The notes under the pieces are model-generated. The model was not told the origin of the DNA and did no database searches. It saw only the letters and a program-made list of their open reading frames with translations. This document shows, piece after piece, positions 45,096-52,362 of a DNA stretch of 52,362 bases. This DNA is from a virus (Duplodnaviria > Caudoviricetes): the IMG/VR virus record IMGVR_UViG_3300028027_000073, positions 1-52,362 of that record. One strand, given 5' to 3'. The position numbers were made by a program, and so were the translations under genes. Position 1 is the first letter of the stretch; the number at the start of each line of letters is the position of its first letter.

Positions 45096-45499
45096 TTTGA
45101 TAATGGGTTCATTGTGCTACGTTTAACAGTATTTAGTTTATCATCCATTGCATTTACGGTTGCTTCTAATTCTTTACGTAGTCCTGATACCATAGCAGAA
45201 GTCTCACGTGAGTTGGCAATAGCGTCTGAAGACTTTTCACTAGCTTTCATTATAGACTCTGATAGCTGATATTGTCTTTCATTAATAGCTTTAACTTGTA
45301 TCTCTAAACCATTTAACTTAGACTCTATAGGAGCTAAGTCTAAACTGTCAACAGCTTCAATTGCCGTAACCATCTTGTTGTAAAAAGTTATGCCTGCGTA
45401 TGCCGAGCCAGCCACTATTGGCAATGCTATTAAAATCAACTTCAGAAGTGCCGAGCTGGATAAGCTCAAGTTGAAGGTTTTGATTTTTTCCGAACTCAT
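45092..45499 (-). CDS. Membrane-anchored coiled-coil protein
   Basis: Homolog of 7390..7797. Confidence 0.8.
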   Translation of the reverse strand: MSSEKIKTFNLSLSSSALLKLILIALPIVAGSAYAGITFYNKMVTAIEAVDSLDLAPIESKLNGLEIQVKAINERQYQLSESIMKASEKSSDAIANSRETSAMVSGLRKELEATVNAMDDKLNTVKRSTMNPLSK

Positions 45500-46427
45500 T
45501 GTTTATCTCCGTATCAAATTTGAAAGCATCTGTTAATTCAATTTGCTGTATAATAGGTTTGTTAAGTATTTCTAGTGAAAGAACTATTCCAAAACCATGT
45601 ACAAGCTCCTTACCTTTTGGCACGTCAAGTTTAGGACTATCCTTGCTATCATTCTTTTGTTCAGCCTTTGGTGGGTCTTTTGGGCTGTCTTCTTTTGCTT
45701 TTGGCTCGCTTTTAGCTTCCTGTTTTGGCTGTTCAACCTTAATGGGAGGAGGGCTAGATAAAACAGGCTCACCAGGGCTATTTGTAGGTAGCCCAGCAGG
45801 AGGTGGTGGAGCTGCAACAGGTGGTGGGTTATTTACAGGGTTAAGGGGTGAGCTAGGGCTAACTGGAGAACTCACGTTGGTGACGTTTGTAGCACTCTTA
45901 ACACATGTATTATTTGTTTCTACCCATGCTCCCCATACATCATTACCATAAGGGTCAGGACAAGATGAATTTCTAGTTTCTGTAACTGAACCTACATAGT
46001 CTGCTTGACAGGCTAATTGTCTAGTTTCAGTACTTGCTTGACACGTTGGAGGGTCTTGCGTGCAATTGTTGCTAGTTTCTGTCCAAGGTGACCAAGAGTT
46101 TGAAGAACAACTATAAGTCCTGCTTTGATTAATAGCACCGCTATAATGAGGTAACGTACAAGCTGTGGTTTGATTTTCAACCAAAGGAGAACAAGTAGGT
46201 GCTTGATACGCACCGCAAATTGGGTCACTTGGGTTATAAGATACGCACCAATAGTCTTTAAGTGCAATTTGTGGGTCAATGCCATTACATACGAGAGAAT
46301 CTGGAAGCATATAGCCTTCAGGCGTTGGAGTATAGTTGCAATACCAAGCATAAGCATTATTTCCTTGTAGGGATAGAAGTAGTAATAGGCTCGTCAAGAA
46401 CAAGCGGTATCGTGTATGTATCGCCAT
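45357..46427 (-). CDS. Secreted Cys-rich protein
   Basis: Homolog of 7655..8728. Confidence 0.8.
   Translation of the reverse strand: MAIHTRYRLFLTSLLLLLSLQGNNAYAWYCNYTPTPEGYMLPDSLVCNGIDPQIALKDYWCVSYNPSDPICGAYQAPTCSPLVENQTTACTLPHYSGAINQSRTYSCSSNSWSPWTETSNNCTQDPPTCQASTETRQLACQADYVGSVTETRNSSCPDPYGNDVWGAWVETNNTCVKSATNVTNVSSPVSPSSPLNPVNNPPPVAAPPPPAGLPTNSPGEPVLSSPPPIKVEQPKQEAKSEPKAKEDSPKDPPKAEQKNDSKDSPKLDVPKGKELVHGFGIVLSLEILNKPIIQQIELTDAFKFDTEINNEFGKNQNLQLELIQLGTSEVDFNSIANSGWLGIRRHNFLQQDGYGN
46013..46357 (-). CDS. Candidate overprinted cationic amphipathic protein (114 aa)
   Basis: Homolog of 8311..8655; TAATG coupling with AAGGA upstream. Confidence 0.5.
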   Translation of the reverse strand: MLMLGIATILQRLKAICFQILSYVMALTHKLHLKTIGAYLITQVTQFAVRIKHLLVLLWLKIKPQLVRYLIIAVLLIKAGLIVVLQTLGHLGQKLATIARKTLQRVKQVLKLDN

Positions 46428-46869
46428 ATAGTTTCTTAAATATAGAAGGGTTACGTTCATACCAGCCACGTTTAGCAGCATCACCTATAGAACCGTTTAT
46501 AGGGCATGGTGAACCTGACTGTATCATGGCTTCAAATACTCTATCATCTTGACAAAGGATAGATACTGCTGCAACTTTAAGACCTAAGTCATTAAGAGTT
46601 TTAGCTAATTTAATACGTTCACAATTAACGTCTTTATAGCCAGAGCCACCACTTACGCCAAACAATGTACTAGATACAGAACCAGTAACAGGAACAATAC
46701 AAACGTCTTGGCTAAAAGCACTTATAGAAGGGCTAATGGCACTTGGTGGTGGTTGACCTTTGTAGTTGATAGTAGTTGTATCTGCTGCTCTAGCATCCAT
46801 AGATAATGCTAATAACATACCTATTGACATACCTACGAGTAATGCTATTAAGTTTCTTAATGCTTGCAT
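46357..46869 (-). CDS. Secreted protein with four Cys
   Basis: Homolog of 8655..9161. Confidence 0.85.
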   Translation of the reverse strand: MQALRNLIALLVGMSIGMLLALSMDARAADTTTINYKGQPPPSAISPSISAFSQDVCIVPVTGSVSSTLFGVSGGSGYKDVNCERIKLAKTLNDLGLKVAAVSILCQDDRVFEAMIQSGSPCPINGSIGDAAKRGWYERNPSIFKKLYGDTYTIPLVLDEPITTSIPTRK

Positions 46870-47027
46870 TATTTCATTCCATTGGTTAGTAGATAAACAA
46901 TAACGAAACCTGCTGTGCCTAATAAGATTTGTTCTAGGCGTTTAAGTCTTGCGTTTATTTGCTCATAACGTAACGCACATACTTCTTCATGCGTACTTAA
47001 ACGTGCTTCTACGTCTGTCTTGACCAT
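46869..47027 (-). CDS. Small coiled-coil plus TM protein (52 aa)
   Basis: Homolog of 9163..9321. Confidence 0.8.
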   Translation of the reverse strand: MVKTDVEARLSTHEEVCALRYEQINARLKRLEQILLGTAGFVIVYLLTNGMK

Positions 47028-47036
47028 TACTGTTCC

Positions 47037-48458
47037 TTACTGTGAGAGAAGACCAGGATACTGGTTATTTAATTCAAATTGTTGTTCTATAAGTTGTCTT
47101 GCTAAAGTATTTCTAGCATTATTATCTAAAAACATACCTAAACCTTGATTTTGTTTTTTGTATAGTTCTAATGCTGCTTTACCTTTAATTTTAGGAGAGT
47201 CTAATAATGATTGTGCAAAACCAAGAGCTGCACCAGGGATACCGCCTAAAGCTCCACCAGCACCAGTTTTTGCAGTAGCACCAAGACCCATTAAATCTCT
47301 ATTTTCAATACGACCTACAGCTTTTTGAAGATTAGGTTGCAGTTCTTTTAATGAACCATATTGTGCATTAATAGCTTTAAGTTCTGGCATAAATCCTTCT
47401 AGTGATGTTTTTGCTACATCTGCCATAGCTCTATAAGCATCTTCTTTTGCAATGGATGGTTTTGTAGGTGCTCTTCCAAAATCAATACGTTTATAAGCGT
47501 CTGATTTAAAATCTTGAAGTTGTTGTGGTGTTACAGAAGTAATTTTATTTTGTTTTAAGTATGTTTTAAACTGCTTTTCAATATCATTAATTTCTTTAAT
47601 ATCTTGTGCTGCTTCAATTTTAAAACCACCTGATTTTTTCTTAACATCTTTAAGACTTTCTAATACTTTTGTAGCTGGAATTTTAATGTTTTGGTCGGTA
47701 GCGTTAGTAATTAAATTATCCATTTTATCGCCAAGGTCAGTAAGTTTAGATTGAACTTTACCTAATCCTGAATAATCTAATGGTATTTGATTTTTAAGTG
47801 CAGTTTCAGTTATTGATGCTCTGTCTGCTGGAGATAAAGTAGTACCCCATTTAGCTGCACTTTCATACATCATAGGTGCTACAGTTTTAGGAATTACTTT
47901 TGATGCACCATACATAGTAGTATTAGCTGCTAGATTTAATGGGTCAATTGCTGTTCCTGCTTTAGCAACCTGTTCTAATCCAGCAGATACTTTTGTTCCT
48001 AATTTAGATAATGATGCAACTTTAGCAGCACCAGAAGCTCCACCTGTAACAAACATAGATATATCACTTAATATACTTGCTGGATTGTTTTGCAATTCTT
48101 TTAAAAAAGCATCTTTACTACCATATTTATTAGAGTAATAATCACCTAAAGCATCTGCATATTTTTCATGAGATTGCACACCATCTGTAGCTTTTTCTGC
48201 AATACCCAATGCTAAATTACCAATACCTTTTAGTGTTTGAATTGGTTGTGTAATTGCACCAATTACATTTTTACCTTCTTCAACAATGCTTCCAGGAAGA
48301 TTTTTTAATGCTTCTTTTCCTGAAAATTGAAACTTAGATGCTTCTTGTTGTTTAGCAGCTTGGTATGCTTGAGCAATAGTTTCAAACTCAGGTGTTCCTT
48401 GTTTGTCTTGATTTTTAATAATCCATTGTGCGTAATCTGAAGCTGAACTAGCCATCAT
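47037..48458 (-). CDS. Putative DNA ejection protein
   Basis: Positional equivalent of 9382..11001; only patchy similarity (P...L.DIS). Confidence 0.65.
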   Translation of the reverse strand: MMASSASDYAQWIIKNQDKQGTPEFETIAQAYQAAKQQEASKFQFSGKEALKNLPGSIVEEGKNVIGAITQPIQTLKGIGNLALGIAEKATDGVQSHEKYADALGDYYSNKYGSKDAFLKELQNNPASILSDISMFVTGGASGAAKVASLSKLGTKVSAGLEQVAKAGTAIDPLNLAANTTMYGASKVIPKTVAPMMYESAAKWGTTLSPADRASITETALKNQIPLDYSGLGKVQSKLTDLGDKMDNLITNATDQNIKIPATKVLESLKDVKKKSGGFKIEAAQDIKEINDIEKQFKTYLKQNKITSVTPQQLQDFKSDAYKRIDFGRAPTKPSIAKEDAYRAMADVAKTSLEGFMPELKAINAQYGSLKELQPNLQKAVGRIENRDLMGLGATAKTGAGGALGGIPGAALGFAQSLLDSPKIKGKAALELYKKQNQGLGMFLDNNARNTLARQLIEQQFELNNQYPGLLSQ

Positions 48459-48474
48459 ATATCCTTATTGAGGT

Positions 48475-49566
48475 TTATTTTCTATTTAAAATTTGGTCTG
48501 CTTGATTAAATATTGCTTGATTTGGGTTATTAGCACCACCTCTATTTTGTGTATTAGCTGTAAGCTCATCAAATCTTTTCTTAACGTTATCGCTAACTGC
48601 TTGACCAAGTGAGTTATCATAATTAGCAAGACCTTCGTAACTAAATGTACCTGATTGAATATTTTTTCTAGCCCAATCAGAAAGTTTAGCATTACGAATT
48701 GCATTAGCTTCTGCAATTTGAACCATAACATCTCTACCTTCTTTAGAAGTTGCAAGACTTGGAAACGCAGCTTTATACGCACCAAACTCTAAGTCAGAAG
48801 TAGAACCACTACCAGGTGTTCTAATTTCTGTAGCACCTTTAGTAGCAATAGCATCAATAACTTGATTAACATTAGCAGTTGGAGTATTAATTCCTAAAAA
48901 GTTTTGTAAGTTAGCAGTTAATTTAATTGCACCACTACCTTGTTGATTTCCAATTAATGAGCTAATAGTTCTTGTGTTATTTGCAATACTTCTAGCAGAA
49001 TTAGTACTTCCAACCAACCCTTCTAATGTACCTTTATCAACATCAAGAAGAACCTTATTAGGGTTAGGCATTTGATTAGTAATATTAGTTTTAGGAGCTT
49101 TAAGATTAGCCATTTTTGTAGCCCAATCTTGAAATGAACCTGTAAATCCTTGAGTTTTAGCATACTCATATTCACGAACATCATTAGGAACTACTTTTAA
49201 ACGGTCTAATTCAGCGTCTCTAAGTTCTTTTTGAATTTTAAGTTTATTCATTTCATTTTCTGTAGCTTGTGTATATGGCGTTTGTGCAGCTTGCATACCA
49301 CCTAAATATGATTTACCAAGAATAGCACCTAAGCCAATATTTTGGTTTTTAGGTTGTGCTAAATATGTTGCACCTGCACCTAAAATGCCAGATAGTAAAG
49401 ATTGATTTCTAAGTTTATCTTGTTGAGCTTGATTTAATAAGCCAGGAACTGCAGGAGTTTCTCCTTGAGCAGGTGTCCCAGTTAAGTAATCAGGAAGTCT
49501 AGCTCCAAATATATTCATACCACTAAACAAATTTCCTAAACCACTATTTGTGTCAAATAATGCCAT
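48475..49566 (-). CDS. Putative DNA ejection protein
   Basis: Positional equivalent of 11010..12536; REYEYAK.QG, RTPGSGSTSDLE. Confidence 0.65.
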   Translation of the reverse strand: MALFDTNSGLGNLFSGMNIFGARLPDYLTGTPAQGETPAVPGLLNQAQQDKLRNQSLLSGILGAGATYLAQPKNQNIGLGAILGKSYLGGMQAAQTPYTQATENEMNKLKIQKELRDAELDRLKVVPNDVREYEYAKTQGFTGSFQDWATKMANLKAPKTNITNQMPNPNKVLLDVDKGTLEGLVGSTNSARSIANNTRTISSLIGNQQGSGAIKLTANLQNFLGINTPTANVNQVIDAIATKGATEIRTPGSGSTSDLEFGAYKAAFPSLATSKEGRDVMVQIAEANAIRNAKLSDWARKNIQSGTFSYEGLANYDNSLGQAVSDNVKKRFDELTANTQNRGGANNPNQAIFNQADQILNRK

Positions 49567-49567
49567 T

Positions 49568-50275
49568 TTATCTTCCTCTAAATCCTGTTGTTTGCAATTG
49601 TTGTTGTAATCTTAAAAGTTCTTCTTCTGTTAAAGGTATAGTTGTATTTAAGTTTGGTAAACCTATTTCATTACCCCTTTGTTGTAATGGATTAGGTGCA
49701 ACATTTTGTAAAGTAGATGATGGGTTAGTATTAAAGTTAGGAGCCACAAGATTAGGATTACCTTGTCTAACTCCAGTTTGAGCAGATGTATCTATTGGAG
49801 TTCTTGGAGGATTAGCAGCTTCATAACCTTTCATGCCTAAACCTAACTTATCCATAGTAGACATATTATTAAAACCTTCTTTAATATTGCCACCTATATT
49901 TCCAAATGTATCAGTAATATTTGACCCTAATGTTTCTAATGCAGATGGTGGAGTAAAGTTAAGTCCTGTACCAATATTAGTGGCAGCATTACGTAATGCG
50001 TCAGCACCTGTTACAAAACTTGCACCTGAAGCTGCTGGAGCAGAAGATAATAGTGATGAAGCTATTTGACCGTTAGAGCCCACAAGACCTGATACTCCTG
50101 CTGTCCCTGCTCCAGTACCGCCTGCACCGCCTGCAAATCCACTACCAATGCTACCAGCACCGCCAAATAAACCACCAGTAGCACCGCCAAGTAATGCACC
50201 CATAAATGGATTTTTACCCATAGCAGCAGATGTTGCTGCACCAATACCAGCACCTATTAATAGAGGTGGTCCCAT
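49568..50275 (-). CDS. Gly/Ala-rich putative ejection protein
   Basis: Homolog of 12539..13276 without the N-terminal extension. Confidence 0.65.
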   Translation of the reverse strand: MGPPLLIGAGIGAATSAAMGKNPFMGALLGGATGGLFGGAGSIGSGFAGGAGGTGAGTAGVSGLVGSNGQIASSLLSSAPAASGASFVTGADALRNAATNIGTGLNFTPPSALETLGSNITDTFGNIGGNIKEGFNNMSTMDKLGLGMKGYEAANPPRTPIDTSAQTGVRQGNPNLVAPNFNTNPSSTLQNVAPNPLQQRGNEIGLPNLNTTIPLTEEELLRLQQQLQTTGFRGR

Positions 50276-50276
50276 A

Positions 50277-51386
50277 TTATTTACCTACCTTACCTGCTAC
50301 ATAGCAAATTGGTTCAATGATTGCACGATAGATACGACCTAATGTATCTCTACGTTTACCACGCATTTCTTTCCATAAGTCAGCAGTTCTATGTCTTGCA
50401 ATATGTTCTGAAACTTTACGAACAAGTTTACGAACAAATGTTTGTTTATCACTAAATGCAAACGCAACAACTGGTAAGAATAATTTATGGTATCCTTTTT
50501 CAATTGTTTTAGCATTAGGCATATTAGCTGAATGTTGTAACCAGATAGCTTGTCTAAAGCTACCAAATCCGTATGCTTTGTTCATTGCTGTGCATACTAT
50601 CTTACCACCACCAGACTGAGTAGTAGTAGATACTGAGCCTGTAGGAGCACCATAAGCTGCACCAAGATAAGAAGATAGTTTTTGATATGGTTTGTTTTGT
50701 TCAAAGTTAAATCTATCAATATCAGCTTGTAATGCTGTTTTTTGATAATCTTCTTGAGTCTTACCTACATTCAGAAGTTGTTGAATGTCACCATAATCAG
50801 CAGCAGCTAATGCAGGAGCACCCATAGAAGCAGCATCTTGTCTGCCACGTTCAGTAGCGTAATTAGTATAAGCTAATTCACCATACTTATTAGCTAGTGT
50901 ATTAGATAATGTATTAGCAGCACGATTTTGAATATCAGCAGAAACACCAGAGCCATAACGACCAGCTCTAGATGCACCAGATTGTGCAGCCATAATAGCA
51001 TCATTATAATTTTGTGTAGCACCTTGTGCAGCACCTGCTAGAGCTTGGTTAAAGTATGGGTTGTTTTGTAAATAAGCACCACCAATAACATCTTGTTGCT
51101 GACGTTGAGCTGCAGGAAGTAAAGGATTTCCAGCTAATGCACGATTTTGAGCAGATTGTAATGCTGTTTGTGTTTGTGCAGAAGGACCTACATAAGTTTG
51201 ACCACCATAGTATTGTGGTGTATCTGTTTGATAAAGACTTTTAGCTTCATTAAGACCATATTCAACAAATGGTCTAACAGTAGGGTCTAATTGATTTTGA
51301 GTTTGAGATGAGCCACCTCCACCACCACCTTTGTAGAATGTAAAGTTGTCTACTAAATTAAATAGCCAGTTATTAAGATTAATCAT
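50277..51386 (-). CDS. Ejection protein (gp7-like position) with GGG-KIVCT domain
   Basis: Homolog of 13276..14388. Confidence 0.78.
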   Translation of the reverse strand: MINLNNWLFNLVDNFTFYKGGGGGGSSQTQNQLDPTVRPFVEYGLNEAKSLYQTDTPQYYGGQTYVGPSAQTQTALQSAQNRALAGNPLLPAAQRQQQDVIGGAYLQNNPYFNQALAGAAQGATQNYNDAIMAAQSGASRAGRYGSGVSADIQNRAANTLSNTLANKYGELAYTNYATERGRQDAASMGAPALAAADYGDIQQLLNVGKTQEDYQKTALQADIDRFNFEQNKPYQKLSSYLGAAYGAPTGSVSTTTQSGGGKIVCTAMNKAYGFGSFRQAIWLQHSANMPNAKTIEKGYHKLFLPVVAFAFSDKQTFVRKLVRKVSEHIARHRTADLWKEMRGKRRDTLGRIYRAIIEPICYVAGKVGK

Positions 51387-51793
51387 GTTATTCGTTTCTC
51401 CACTATAATGTATCTGTTTTCAAATCCGTAAGCACGCTTCCAAAGCCTAGCTACTGCTTCAAATGCTGCTCCCTGTATCTTTGTGCCACCATTGGCTTTA
51501 ACCCATAATTCAAATTCACTAAAACCTTGCTTATCTGTTTTGCCACCAATAGCTGTTATAAATGCTACTCTGTCGTTAGGATAGTTAATCCACTCTATGG
51601 TCATAGCACATTTAATTATTAAATCTTCTTCTGTACCTACACACAATACTTGTCTACCTTGTGCAAGCAATACTTTAAGTTGGTCAAGGTCATACTCACC
51701 ACCAGAATGAGCCATAGCTCTATCTAGCATGATTTCTACTTTGTCCCATGTTTGTTGGATGTGTGATGTAGGAACTACATAAAACTTTAGCAC
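51383..51793 (-). CDS. GNAT-fold-like virion assembly protein (extra copy)
   Basis: YPNDRVAFITAIGG, ARLWKR.YGF. Confidence 0.55.
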   Translation of the reverse strand: MLKFYVVPTSHIQQTWDKVEIMLDRAMAHSGGEYDLDQLKVLLAQGRQVLCVGTEEDLIIKCAMTIEWINYPNDRVAFITAIGGKTDKQGFSEFELWVKANGGTKIQGAAFEAVARLWKRAYGFENRYIIVEKRIT

Positions 51794-52176
51794 TCAAACC
51801 TCCATGTATATGGTTTAAATCCTAGTTTAGGTGCAATTTTTTCAAAGCCTTTACGATAAGAACTAAATGTTATTTCTTTAGCGTTCATCTTATGTGCTAT
51901 TTCTACTATCTCTGTTAAACCTTCTGATAGTATGTCATGTGAGTTACTGTAAGCAGCCCATACATGAAGTGAGTTATTTATAAGTTGCGTTATAAGATAG
52001 CCTATAAAGTAACCGTCTTTAATACCTAAATATAGTTGAGCTTTTCCTACTTTAATATCACAATAGGCATCTTCTGGTATCCAATCACCACCTAGTTCGG
52101 ATATTTCACCTAAACTTGGTTTTATTTGGTTCCAGACTTGTTTTAATTCGTTTGGATTTATGTATTTTAATTGCAT
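51787..52176 (-). CDS. GNAT-fold-like virion assembly protein
   Basis: Homolog of 14399..14797 (IPED.Y.D, LHVWAA, ITF.S.R.G, GFKP.TW). Confidence 0.6.
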   Translation of the reverse strand: MQLKYINPNELKQVWNQIKPSLGEISELGGDWIPEDAYCDIKVGKAQLYLGIKDGYFIGYLITQLINNSLHVWAAYSNSHDILSEGLTEIVEIAHKMNAKEITFSSYRKGFEKIAPKLGFKPYTWRFEC

Positions 52177-52362
52177 TATGCTACTATAATATATCCGTAT
52201 GTTTTATCTGCTGTATTGTTTGCAAAATGTTTTAGTGTTGCACTACCTTTAGTTCTAGCACTTACATATACATTAGTAGATGCTGAAGTTGATACATAAC
52301 TCATTGTAGTAATAACGCTTGGTGTAGCTGGTCTTGTTGGACTTGTACCTGCTGCATAATGT
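52176..52362 (-). CDS. 3' end of a tail-associated gene (partial; equals the end of 14794..15588)
   Basis: Near-identical to 14794..14980. Confidence 0.85.
   Translation of the reverse strand, partial: HYAAGTSPTRPATPSVITTMSYVSTSASTNVYVSARTKGSATLKHFANNTADKTYGYIIVA
52236..52362. repeat. 127-nt exact repeat of 14854..14980
   Basis: Direct comparison. Confidence 0.95.

Noticed and set aside
45584-45817. 77-aa alternate-frame ORF in the Cys-rich gene
   Set aside because: Its 5' part is interrupted by stops in arm A; TTG start without an RBS
1-52362. tRNA, rRNA, CRISPR array, prophage or host genes
   Set aside because: None recognised by eye; intergenic spaces are short and explained by promoters or terminators. 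tRNAscan and Infernal were not run

Overview
The window is entirely bacteriophage DNA: an AT-rich podovirus with P22-like virion genes and a lambdoid-type replication/late-control region. No integrase, repressor, tRNA or CRISPR was seen. It holds more than one genome. Bases 14854-52235 form a complete ~37.4 kb circle, because the last 127 nt (52236-52362) are identical to 14854-14980. Bases 1-14853 are a diverged, syntenic second version (arm A) of the early, lysis and ejection arm that appears again at ~38.6-52.2 kb (arm B). This is most simply two co-assembled relatives, and it gives a built-in comparative test. Reading below the ORF-track threshold shows: (i) a PQQ precursor peptide gene (pqqA, 23 aa, E-x-x-x-Y) in both arms, antisense to the early operon, suggesting a Methylophilaceae-type host; (ii) a conserved lysis-proximal module with no recognisable spanins, secreted Cys-rich proteins and two candidate overprinted genes (a 114-aa cationic amphipathic ORF and a 64-aa membrane ORF inside the lysozyme gene); (iii) glycosyl- and methyltransferases inside the structural operon; (iv) four tiny, very basic proteins behind a Q/PR'/tR'-like late switch; (v) ejection proteins with apparent leaders, a GGG-KIVCT C-terminal domain and adjacent GNAT-like genes. 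All family calls come from motif recognition, not database searches.
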